Source: Ranitomeya imitator (Eukaryota). From it: a stretch of 64,000 nucleotides of DNA. A program made the position numbers and the translations under genes. Positions 13,141 to 25,353 of this stretch are shown one piece after another. Under the pieces are notes generated by a model, which was not told the DNA's origin, did no database searches, and saw only the letters and a program-made list of their open reading frames with translations. Every line of letters begins with the position of its first letter. Position 1 is the stretch's first letter. The DNA lies in assembly GCF_032444005.1 (NCBI RefSeq), contig NC_091286.1, positions 278,256,001 through 278,320,000 on the forward strand, read 5' to 3'.

Positions 13141-15543
13141 GAGAATGGCCCCACAGTACTCACTGATGTATTAAAAAAACACAATCCTCACCTCTCCTCA
13201 TGCCCCACGCTGCTCCAGGCTCTGCTCCAGTCTCAACAGCAGCACACAGTGGGCGATCGATTAAGTAACGTCATTGCACACCCGCAGTGTCAGAGACAGG
13301 GGAATGATGGGAGAGGGAGCATCATCTGACGCTCTCTCCTCCATCATGGCTTTGAATGCAGCAGCGGTGCGAGGGGTCGAGTTGGCGCTGGCGGCAGGCG
13401 GGCCCCCCTGACTCAGGGGCCCCATAGCGGCTGCGTGATGTGCAGCTATGAACGGCACGCCACTGGCTGGGGGACCCTGGTGGAGCCGGCCCTGTGCATA
13501 AAAAGACAATAGCAGCGTGCAGCGAGTGCTCCACAAATCAGACCATATGCACCTATAAAAGTCTATGAGTGCATGTAAGACTTCAGACTGCACTCAGATG
13601 TTATCAGAGTGCAGTCTGATATATGCACACAAAGACAATGGAGAAGATGGAGAAATTAAGCTCTCTGCCTTCTCTGCACCTGTGATATCATTCTCTCATG
13701 TGAGAGAATCGATCACAGGGAACTGACACTCTGCTTAACCAATGATGAGAGTTTGTGTCGAGTGCACTGTAATTAGGATAATCATCGCAGTTCTCTCGCA
13801 TGAGAAAATATATACTAGTATGAGCGACCCCTATTACAGAACGCAGTGGTCCTTGGCTAGCAATCACAGTGACGTTATCACTCTTGGTATCATTCATTTT
13901 TTTATATCACTTTTTTTTCATTTCTTTTTTACTTTTATTACATTGGAGGTTTGTTTGCTGTGCAGTGTGTGACTGGTGTGGAGGTGCATTAAAAAAAACT
14001 TACCAGTGATGTAGTGTTGTCTCTATGGGAAGGAACACTTCTCCTGGGTGGCAGCACAGCTACTGTACTGTTTCCTGACAGGCACTGCTGTGCAACGTGA
14101 GGACAACGTCAGCGGTCAGGAGTCACATAGGAAGGTCCTGCCGCTGAACAGCAGCTGCCAGCCCACCTCACAGTATAAATGATAATACAGAAGCCAGCTG
14201 TAGGAGTGAGGATGGATAGCCATAGCAGAACAGGAGAAGATGCAGAGTGCAGGTCTGGTAAGTATGACACGCCTGAGTGCTCCTGCCTCCGGATCACCGC
14301 CGACATTACTATAAGTAGCACAAGGCAGTGCAGTGCCGGGGAAAGGCTTGCATTGCAGAACAGATAAGATGCACTTACATCTGTCTCTTCTGCAAAGCGA
14401 AGCACTGCCTTGTGCTATTTGGATTGTGCGCTCAATTGTGGAACCAGCAGGGGGCCCCAGGCAGCTGCCTGGTCTGCCTGCCCATAACGCCAGCCCTGAT
14501 GCTGTGAATAAGAAAGCCCTCGTCATTCACCTCTCCAGCTGCTGCCAGGTCCTCTGCACGTCCTGCATGTCATCCTCACTTGGTAGGCCTTAGACATTGT
14601 TGTGAAAACCCCTTTCCTGGGTAAGCTAATTTGGGATGAGATACAAGTGATCTCCAGATGTGCCACTGTTGGTCCAATTAATAGAGATGCATCAGAGACA
14701 AGAACACTCACAGACAGTATCTGTCAGTATACAAGAATAGTCTGGCTTCAGATCGCAAGCCACGGGTATCTTATCACCCCAACAGGAAGAAAAGAGGATG
14801 GCTTAATACGGTACGTTACTTAAAGAAAATATAAGCTTAGAAACACAGTACCATAAATCATGGCTTCTGCCAGCTCCAAGAACTAGCTAAAACTATCTCC
14901 CAGTGTAGCAACATATTTAAACAAAGCTTGCCAACACAGTGTTTCATTGCTTTTATGTATGAAACATATAAAGATAATTTAAACACAAAGTTATTAAAGA
15001 TATGCACTGTATATAGTGAGACAGCAATCATAGCTGAGAGTCATTATGTGTCCCCCTGGATGCACACAGAAGCCTATGAAACCCGCTGGAGTGCACTGTA
15101 ATCACAGCCGCACCTGTGGTTGCAATGCAAAAAAAAGAGTGTGGATTTGGTCAAACTATTTGGTCAAGTCAGATTTAAGAAATCCTGATATGGGCTTTTA
15201 TTTTTGAAGAGATCTGCAGGATTGATAGTGGGACGGATCTCTTGCTTCACTCCGGGTTTTGCGAGTAGCCCACGTCCACAATTCACATTAAAACTTTGAG
15301 TTGAAGTTTGGGTGTGTCATTGTTTGGTTTTGCAAGCTTGAGAGCAGGAGCTTTCTGCAGTACGCGTCTGTGTGAAACTAAACACAGGCCAGAGCCAGAG
15401 GAAACAAACACAGGAGTCTGCCCACGGCAACGGTCGTTGCCTTTTACCGCACTGTGTGAACACATCTGCATTACGATACATATATATATTACGATACATT
15501 ACGATACGATGCATTACGATACATATATATATATATATATATA

Positions 15544-16970
15544 CAGTACAGACCAAAAGTTTGGACACACCTTCTCATTTTAACATTTTTCTGTATTTTC
15601 ATGACTATGAAAATTGTAAATTCACACTGAAGGCATCAAAACTATGAATTAACACATGTGGAATTATATACTTAACAAAAAAGTGTGAAACAACTGAAAA
15701 TATGTCTTATATTCTAGGTTCTTCAAAGTAGCCACCTTTTGCTTTGATGACTGCTTTGCACACTCTTGGCATTCTCTTGATGAGCTTCAAGTGGTAGTCG
15801 CCGGGAATGGTCTTCCAACAATCTTGAAGGAGTTCTCAGAGATGCTTAGCACTTGTTGGCCCTTTTGCCTTCACTCTGTGGTCCAGCTCACCCCAAACCA
15901 TCTCGATTGGGTTCAGGTCTAATGACTGTGGAGGCCAGGTCATCTGGCGTAGCACCCCATCACTCTCCTTCTTGGTCAAATAGCCCTTACACAGCCTGGA
16001 GGAGTGTTTGGGGTCATTGTCCTGTTGAAAAATAAATGATGGTCCAACTAAACGCAAAGCGGATGAAATGGAGTGGTAGCCATGCTGGTTCAGTATGCCT
16101 TCAATTTTGAATAAGTCCCCAACAGTGTCACCAGCAAAGCACCCCCACACTATCACACCTCCTCCTCCATGCTTCACGGTGGGAACCAGGCATGTAGAGT
16201 ACATCCGTTCACCTTTTCTGTGTTGCACAAAGACACGGTGGTTGGAACCAAAGATCTCAAATTTGGACTCATCTGACCAAACACAGATTTCAACTGGTCT
16301 AATGTCCATTGCTTGTGTTCTTTAGCCCAAACAAGTCTCTTCTGCTTGTTGCCTGTCCTTAGCAGTGGTTTCCTAGCAGCTATTTTACCATGAAGGCCTG
16401 CTGCACAAAGTCAACTCTTAACAGTTGTTGTAGAGATGTGTCTGCTGCTAGAACTCTTTGTGGCATTGACCTGGTCTCTAATCTGAGCTGCTGTTAACCT
16501 GCGATTTCTGAGGCTGGGAACTCGGATAAACTTATCGTCAGAAGCAGAGGTGACTCTTGGTCTTCCTTTCCTGGGGCGGTCCTCATGTGAGCCAGTTTCT
16601 TTGTAGCGCTTGATGGTTTTTGCAACTGCACTTGGGGACACTTTCAAAGTTTTCCCAATTTTTTGGACTGACTGACCTTTATTTCTTAAAGTAATGATGG
16701 CCATGCATCTTTCTTTACTTAGCTGCTTTTTTCTTGCCATAATACAAATTCTAACAGTCTATTCAGTAGGACTATCAGCTGTGTATCCACCAGACTTCTG
16801 CTCAACACAACTGATGGTCCCAACCCCAATTATAAAGCAAGAAATCCCACTTATTAAACCTGACAGGGCACACTTTTGAAGTGAAAAACATTTCTGGTGA
16901 CTACCTCTTGAAGCTCATCAAGAGAATGCTAAGAGTGGGCAAAGCAGTCATCAAGGCAAAAGGTAGCTAC
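15544..16970 (-). mobile_element. Tc1 element with broken transposase, left-arm copy
   Basis: (TA)n|cagtacagaccaaaagtttggacac TIR at 15544. ORFs 16411..16740 (HTH) and 15836..16309 ([20 protein letters not shown]). The other long TIR is truncated at about 16970. Confidence 0.9.
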
Positions 16971-17149
16971 TAGTTAAAACCTACAAGAGAAAAAAGTAAA
17001 TGAAAACCCTGATGTAGCTAAGTAAAAAAGCAAAAGTGCATTTAAATAATACAGAGTTTTTAGTAATACTGTTTTTTGATCAAAAAATAGCACAAAAGCC
17101 ATCCCACCTCGTCACGGTAACTCTGATCGGGACAGTCCTACACTGTCTA

Positions 17150-17510
17150 CTAATGTTGAGCATTCCGATACTGCAAATATCGGGTATCAGACGATATTTG
17201 CTGTATCGGAATTCTGATACCGAGTTCCGATATTTTTGAGATATCGGAAATCGGAATCGGAAGTTCCTATAAGTTCCCAGTCATCTTCGGCGTGTGCGGT
17301 GCATATGGTTCCCAGGGTCTGGAGGAGAGGAGACTCTCCTTAAGGCCCTGGGATCCATATTCATGTAAAAAATAAAGAATAAAAATAAAAAATATGGATA
17401 TACTCACCCCTCCGGCAAACCCTGGCTGTCACCACTGCAAGCGTCTGCCTCCATTCCTAAGAATGCAGTGGGTGAAGGACCTTCAATGACATCACGGTCA
17501 CACCTACCGA
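17150..17510. mobile_element. hAT-type MITE fragment, left-arm copy (right-arm copy about 20372-20732)
   Basis: taatgttgagcattccgatac terminus and tatcgg/ccgata subterminal repeats. Confidence 0.5.
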
Positions 17511-18727
17511 TCTCCTCCAGATCTTTCAGTTTTCAGGACTGTCATTGGGCAACATTGAGTTTCATCTCCCTTCAAAGATTTTCTGTTGGGTTCAGGTCTG
17601 GACACTGGCTAGGCCACTACATGACCTTGAAATGCTTCTTACAAAGCCACTCCTTAGTCACCCTGGCTGTGTGTTTAGGGTCATTGTTATACTGGAAGAC
17701 CTAGCCACTACCCATCTTCAATGCTCCTACTGAGGGAAGTTGGCTAAAATCTCTCGATACATGATCCAATCCATCCTCCCTTCCATATCATGCAGTCATA
17801 CTGTCCCCTTTGCAGAAAAGCATCCCCAAAGTATTATGTTTCCCCTCCATGCTTAAAGATTGGGATGGTGTACTGTGGGTTATACTCATCCTTCTTCTTC
17901 CTCCAAACACGGCGAGTAGAGTTGATACCAAAAGGTTCAATTTTGGTCTCATCTGAGCACATGACCTCTCTAATGCCTCCTCTGTATCATCCAGATGGTC
18001 ATTGGCCAACTTCAAACAGGCATGGAGTTGTGCTTGCGTGAGCAGAAGAATCTTGCATGCCCTTCAGGATTTTATTCTATGATGGCGCAGTGTGTTACAA
18101 ACAGTAATGCTTGAGACTGTGATCCCAGCTCTCTTCTGGTCATTGATCAGATCCTCCTCTGTAGTTATGGGCTGATTCCTGACCTATCTCAGAATTATCA
18201 GAATTCCACGAGGCAAATGGAGCTCCAGACCAAGGAAGACTGACAGTCATCTTGTGCTTCTTACTTATTATAATAATTTTGCCACCAGCTGTTGTCTTCT
18301 CGCTAAGCTGCTTGCCTATTGCCCTATAACCCATCCCAGCCTTGTGCAAGTCTACAATTTCTCCATCGTGTCCTTAGACAGCTCTTCGGTCTTGGCCATG
18401 GAGGAGAGGTTGGAGTGTGATTGAAAGACAGGTGTCTTTCATACAGGTAACGAGTTCAAACAGGTGCAATATCCAGGTAATGAGTGCAGAGTAGGAGGGC
18501 TCCTTAATGAGAAACTAACAGGTCTGTGAGAGCCAGAATTCTTTCCGGCTGGAAGGTGATCAAATACTTATTTCATGCAATTTCAATATTTAAAAATTAT
18601 ATAATGTGATTTTTTGCGTTGTATTTTTAGATTCTGTCTCTCACAGGTGAAGTGTACCTACGATAAAAATTACAGACCTCTCCATTCTCTGTAAATTGTA
18701 AAACTTGTAAAATCATCAGTGTATCAA
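17510..18727 (-). mobile_element. Degenerate Tc1, left-arm copy lacking the terminal 19 bp of its TIR
   Basis: Mirror of 19155-20372. It ends ...catcagtgtatcaa and then joins the hairpin. Confidence 0.85.
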
Positions 18728-18840
18728 TTCACAATGGTGGTGGCCCCCAGCAGTTTGATCCTAGGTGTTATACATTTACTATATGCCCTGTGTGTATAAC
18801 ACCTAGGATCAAACTGCTGGGGGCCACCACCATTGTGAAT
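18727..18840. repeat. Perfect 48-bp inverted repeat with 18-nt loop
   Basis: attcacaatggtggtggcccccagcagtttgatcctaggtgttataca (18727-18774) and its exact reverse complement (18793-18840). Confidence 0.95.
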
Positions 18841-19135
18841 GAAGCAGTAGTGCATATGCATGACCACCGCGCCATTCTCATTGTCTATGGAAGCGGCAGT
18901 GATAAATGTACCCTTTCCCTCAATTACCATCTTTTTTTTTTCTTCATCTTGTTGTCCTGTTACATAAGTTAAAGCAAAATATTCCCAATGGCAATTTTAG
19001 ACTGATAGGTCTAAAAATAATAGTGCAGTAGTCTTCTTAGGAAAGCAGAATTGTATCCTTAGATCTGTAGTAAAAAGTGACATAAAGAATGAAAGGCAAG
19101 ATACATAAAAAGGTTTACTGGATAGTAATGTAATG

Positions 19136-20372
19136 CAGTGGGGAAAATAAGTATTTGATACACTGATGATTTTACAAGTTTTACAATTTACAGAGAATGG
19201 AGAGGTCTGTAATTTTTATCGTAGGTACACTTCACCTGTGAGAGACAGAATCTAAAAATACAACGCAAAAAATCACATTATATAATTTTTAAATATTGAA
19301 ATTGCATGAAATAAGTATTTGATCACCTTCCAGCCGGAAAGAATTCTGGCTCTCACAGACCTGTTAGTTTCTCATTAAGGAGCCCTCCTACTCTGCACTC
19401 ATTACCTGGATATTGCACCTGTTTGAACTCGTTACCTGTATGAAAGACACCTGTCTTTCAATCACACTCCAACCTCTCCTCCATGGCCAAGACCGAAGAG
19501 CTGTCTAAGGACACGATGGAGAAATTGTAGACTTGCACAAGGCTGGGATGGGTTATAGGGCAATAGGCAAGCAGCTTAGCGAGAAGACAACAGCTGGTGG
19601 CAAAATTATTATAATAAGTAAGAAGCACAAGATGACTGTCAGTCTTCCTTGGTCTGGAGCTCCATTTGCCTCGTGGAATTCTGATAATTCTGAGATAGGT
19701 CAGGAATCAGCCCATAACTACAGAGGAGGATCTGATCAATGACCAGAAGAGAGCTGGGATCACAGTCTCAAGCATTACTGTTTGTAACACACTGCGCCAT
19801 CATAGAATAAAATCCTGAAGGGCATGCAAGATTCTTCTGCTCACGCAAGCACAACTCCATGCCTGTTTGAAGTTGGCCAATGACCATCTGGATGATACAG
19901 AGGAGGCATTAGAGAGGTCATGTGCTCAGATGAGACCAAAATTGAACCTTTTGGTATCAACTCTACTCGCCGTGTTTGGAGGAAGAAGAAGGATGAGTAT
20001 AACCCACAGTACACCATCCCAATCTTTAAGCATGGAGGGGAAACATAATACTTTGGGGATGCTTTTCTGCAAAGGGGACAGTATGACTGCATGATATGGA
20101 AGGGAGGATGGATTGGATCATGTATCGAGAGATTTTAGCCAACTTCCCTCAGTAGGAGCATTGAAGATGGGTAGTGGCTAGGTCTTCCAGTATAACAATG
20201 ACCCTAAACACACAGCCAGGGTGACTAAGGAGTGGCTTTGTAAGAAGCATTTCAAGGTCATGTAGTGGCCTAGCCAGTGTCCAGACCTGAACCCAACAGA
20301 AAATCTTTGAAGGGAGATGAAACTCAATGTTGCCCAATGACAGTCCTGAAAACTGAAAGATCTGGAGGAGAT
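19136..20372 (+). mobile_element. Degenerate Tc1 with complete 5' TIR, right-arm copy
   Basis: cagtggggaaaataagtatttgatacac at 19136; atggccaagaccgaagagctgtctaagg start at 19483; the transposase is frameshifted. Confidence 0.85.
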
Positions 20373-20911
20373 CGGTAGGTGTGACCGTGATGTCATTGAA
20401 GGTCCTTCACCCACTGCATTCTTAGGAATGGAGGCAGACGCTTGCAGTGGTGACAGCCAGGGTTTGCCGGAGGGGTGAGTATATCCATATTTTTTATTTT
20501 TATTCTTTATTTTTTACATGAATATGGATCCCAGGGCCTTAAGGAGAGTCTCCTCTCCTCCAGACCCTGGGAACCATATGCACCGCACACGCCGAAGATG
20601 ACTGGGAACTTATAGGAACTTCCGATTCCGATTTCCGATATCTCAAAAATATCGGAACTCGGTATCAGAATTCCGATACAGCAAATATCGTCTGATACCC
20701 GATATTTGCAGTATCGGAATGCTCAACATTAGTAGACAGTGTAGGACTGTCCCGATCAGAGTTACCGTGACGAGGTGGGATGGCTTTTGTGCTATTTTTT
20801 GATCAAAAAACAGTATTACTAAAAACTCTGTATTATTTAAATGCACTTTTGCTTTTTTACTTAGCTACATCAGGGTTTTCATTTACTTTTTTCTCTTGTA
20901 GGTTTTAACTA

Positions 20912-22338
20912 GTAGCTACCTTTTGCCTTGATGACTGCTTTGCCCACTCTTAGCATTCTCTTGATGAGCTTCAAGAGGTAGTCACCAGAAATGTTTTTCA
21001 CTTCAAAAGTGTGCCCTGTCAGGTTTAATAAGTGGGATTTCTTGCTTTATAATTGGGGTTGGGACCATCAGTTGTGTTGAGCAGAAGTCTGGTGGATACA
21101 CAGCTGATAGTCCTACTGAATAGACTGTTAGAATTTGTATTATGGCAAGAAAAAAGCAGCTAAGTAAAGAAAGATGCATGGCCATCATTACTTTAAGAAA
21201 TAAAGGTCAGTCAGTCCAAAAAATTGGGAAAACTTTGAAAGTGTCCCCAAGTGCAGTTGCAAAAACCATCAAGCGCTACAAAGAAACTGGCTCACATGAG
21301 GACCGCCCCAGGAAAGGAAGACCAAGAGTCACCTCTGCTTCTGACGATAAGTTTATCCGAGTTCCCAGCCTCAGAAATCGCAGGTTAACAGCAGCTCAGA
21401 TTAGAGACCAGGTCAATGCCACAAAGAGTTCTAGCAGCAGACACATCTCTACAACAACTGTTAAGAGTTGACTTTGTGCAGCAGGCCTTCATGGTAAAAT
21501 AGCTGCTAGGAAACCACTGCTAAGGACAGGCAACAAGCAGAAGAGACTTGTTTGGGCTAAAGAACACAAGCAATGGACATTAGACCAGTTGAAATCTGTG
21601 TTTGGTCAGATGAGTCCAAATTTGAGATCTTTGGTTCCAACCACCGTGTCTTTGTGCAACACAGAAAAGGTGAACGGATGTACTCTACATGCCTGGTTCC
21701 CACCGTGAAGCATGGAGGAGGAGGTGTGATAGTGTGGGGGTGCTTTGCTGGTGACACTGTTGGGGACTTATTCAAAATTGAAGGCATACTGAACCAGCAT
21801 GGCTACCACTCCATTTCATCCGCTTTGCGTTTAGTTGGACCATCATTTATTTTTCAACAGGACAATGACCCCAAACACTCCTCCAGGCTGTGTAAGGGCT
21901 ATTTGACCAAGAAGGAGAGTGATGGGGTGCTACGCCAGATGACCTGGCCTCCACAGTCATTAGACCTGAACCCAATCGAGATGGTTTGGGGTGAGCTGGA
22001 CCACAGAGTGAAGGCAAAAGGGCCAACAAGTGCTAAGCATCTCTGAGAACTCCTTCAAGATTGTTGGAAGACCATTCCCGGCGACTACCACTTGAAGCTC
22101 ATCAAGAGAATGCCAAGAGTGTGCAAAGCAGTCATCAAAGCAAAAGGTGGCTACTTTGAAGAACCTAGAATATAAGACATATTTTCAGTTGTTTCACACT
22201 TTTTTGTTAAGTATATAATTCCACATGTGTTAATTCATAGTTTTGATGCCTTCAGTGTGAATTTACAATTTTCATAGTCATGAAAATACAGAAAAATGTT
22301 AAAATGAGAAGGTGTGTCCAAACTTTTGGTCTGTACTG
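20912..22338 (+). mobile_element. Tc1 element with broken transposase, right-arm copy
   Basis: ORFs 21142..21471 and 21573..22046; TIR ends ggtctgtactg|(TA)n at 22338. Confidence 0.9.
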
Positions 22339-24741
22339 TATATATATATATATATATATGTATCGTAATGCATCGTATCGTAATGTATCGTAATATATAT
22401 ATGTATCGTAATGCAGATGTGTTCACACAGTGCGGTAAAAGGCAACGACCGTTGCCGTGGGCAGACTCCTGTGTTTGTTTCCTCTGGCTCTGGCCTGTGT
22501 TTAGTTTCACACAGACGCGTACTGCAGAAAGCTCCTGCTCTCAAGCTTGCAAAACCAAACAATGACACACCCAAACTTCAACTCAAAGTTTTAATGTGAA
22601 TTGTGGACGTGGGCTACTCGCAAAACCCGGAGTGAAGCAAGAGATCCGTCCCACTATCAATCCTGCAGATCTCTTCAAAAATAAAAGCCCATATCAGGAT
22701 TTCTTAAATCTGACTTGACCAAATAGTTTGACCAAATCCACACTCTTTTTTTTGCATTGCAACCACAGGTGCGGCTGTGATTACAGTGCACTCCAGCGGG
22801 TTTCATAGGCTTCTGTGTGCATCCAGGGGGACACATAATGACTCTCAGCTATGATTGCTGTCTCACTATATACAGTGCATATCTTTAATAACTTTGTGTT
22901 TAAATTATCTTTATATGTTTCATACATAAAAGCAATGAAACACTGTGTTGGCAAGCTTTGTTTAAATATGTTGCTACACTGGGAGATAGTTTTAGCTAGT
23001 TCTTGGAGCTGGCAGAAGCCATGATTTATGGTACTGTGTTTCTAAGCTTATATTTTCTTTAAGTAACGTACCGTATTAAGCCATCCTCTTTTCTTCCTGT
23101 TGGGGTGATAAGATACCCGTGGCTTGCGATCTGAAGCCAGACTATTCTTGTATACTGACAGATACTGTCTGTGAGTGTTCTTGTCTCTGATGCATCTCTA
23201 TTAATTGGACCAACAGTGGCACATCTGGAGATCACTTGTATCTCATCCCAAATTAGCTTACCCAGGAAAGGGGTTTTCACAACAATGTCTAAGGCCTACC
23301 AAGTGAGGATGACATGCAGGACGTGCAGAGGACCTGGCAGCAGCTGGAGAGGTGAATGACGAGGGCTTTCTTATTCACAGCATCAGGGCTGGCGTTATGG
23401 GCAGGCAGACCAGGCAGCTGCCTGGGGCCCCCTGCTGGTTCCACAATTGAGCGCACAATCCAAATAGCACAAGGCAGTGCTTCGCTTTGCAGAAGAGACA
23501 GATGTAAGTGCATCTTATCTGTTCTGCAATGCAAGCCTTTCCCCGGCACTGCACTGCCTTGTGCTACTTATAGTAATGTCGGCGGTGATCCGGAGGCAGG
23601 AGCACTCAGGCGTGTCATACTTACCAGACCTGCACTCTGCATCTTCTCCTGTTCTGCTATGGCTATCCATCCTCACTCCTACAGCTGGCTTCTGTATTAT
23701 CATTTATACTGTGAGGTGGGCTGGCAGCTGCTGTTCAGCGGCAGGACCTTCCTATGTGACTCCTGACCGCTGACGTTGTCCTCACGTTGCACAGCAGTGC
23801 CTGTCAGGAAACAGTACAGTAGCTGTGCTGCCACCCAGGAGAAGTGTTCCTTCCCATAGAGACAACACTACATCACTGGTAAGTTTTTTTTAATGCACCT
23901 CCACACCAGTCACACACTGCACAGCAAACAAACCTCCAATGTAATAAAAGTAAAAAAGAAATGAAAAAAAAGTGATATAAAAAAATGAATGATACCAAGA
24001 GTGATAACGTCACTGTGATTGCTAGCCAAGGACCACTGCGTTCTGTAATAGGGGTCGCTCATACTAGTATATATTTTCTCATGCGAGAGAACTGCGATGA
24101 TTATCCTAATTACAGTGCACTCGACACAAACTCTCATCATTGGTTAAGCAGAGTGTCAGTTCCCTGTGATCGATTCTCTCACATGAGAGAATGATATCAC
24201 AGGTGCAGAGAAGGCAGAGAGCTTAATTTCTCCATCTTCTCCATTGTCTTTGTGTGCATATATCAGACTGCACTCTGATAACATCTGAGTGCAGTCTGAA
24301 GTCTTACATGCACTCATAGACTTTTATAGGTGCATATGGTCTGATTTGTGGAGCACTCGCTGCACGCTGCTATTGTCTTTTTATGCACAGGGCCGGCTCC
24401 ACCAGGGTCCCCCAGCCAGTGGCGTGCCGTTCATAGCTGCACATCACGCAGCCGCTATGGGGCCCCTGAGTCAGGGGGGCCCGCCTGCCGCCAGCGCCAA
24501 CTCGACCCCTCGCACCGCTGCTGCATTCAAAGCCATGATGGAGGAGAGAGCGTCAGATGATGCTCCCTCTCCCATCATTCCCCTGTCTCTGACACTGCGG
24601 GTGTGCAATGACGTTACTTAATCGATCGCCCACTGTGTGCTGCTGTTGAGACTGGAGCAGAGCCTGGAGCAGCGTGGGGCATGAGGAGAGGTGAGGATTG
24701 TGTTTTTTTAATACATCAGTGAGTACTGTGGGGCCATTCTC

Positions 24742-25353
24742 GGGGGGGCTACATTATATTCTATGGGGGGCTGTATTATATTCTATGGGGAGGTGGGCTG
24801 TATTATATTCTATGGGGAGTACATTATATTCTATGGGGAGGTGGTATGTATTATATTCTATGGGGGCTACATTATATTCTATGGGAAGGTGGGCTGTATT
24901 ATATTCTATGGGCGGCTACATTATATTCTATGGGAGGTGGGCTGTATTAAATTCTATGGGAGGCTACATTATATTCTATGGGAGGTGGGCTGTATTAAAT
25001 TCTATGGGAGGCTACATTATATTCTATGGGGGCTGTATTATATTCATATATTCTATGAAGGGTGATTGCATAGGGGGCTACATTATACTACATGAGGGGG
25101 CTACATTGTATTCTATGGGGGCTGTATTATATTCTATGGGGCCTAGATTATATTGTATGCAGGACTTCATTATACTCTAAGGGGTTGCATTATATTTTAT
25201 GGGGGGCTGCATTATATTCTATGGGGGCTAGATTATATTGTATGGGGGCTTCATTATACTCTGAGTGGGCTACATTATATTCTATGGGGGCTGCATTATA
25301 CTATATGAGGAGGGCTACATTGTATTCTATGGAGGGGCTACATTATCTATATA
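24742..25353. repeat. Minisatellite (gggggctgcattatattctat-type), continuing at 27060-27176 and 32866-33830
   Basis: The same G-rich strand orientation holds on both sides of the Helitron array and the Gypsy insertion, so it is one interrupted tract. Confidence 0.9.

Larger units (their letters stand above)
12527..18727. repeat. Left arm of 12.9-kb palindrome (6201 bp)
   Basis: Every ORF between 13.2 and 18.4 kb has an identical opposite-strand partner with coordinate sum 37882 (e.g. 15836..16309- and 21573..22046+). The sum is 37931 outside the minisatellite. Confidence 0.97.

Noticed and set aside
14500-14830. Possible host exon(s) in non-TE-looking palindrome sequence (mirror at 23050-23380), e.g. 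LPSEDDMQDVQRTWQQLE
   Set aside because: Several GT/AG candidates exist, but there is no convincing polypyrimidine tract, consistent frame or recognisable protein. RNA-seq or a homology search is needed.
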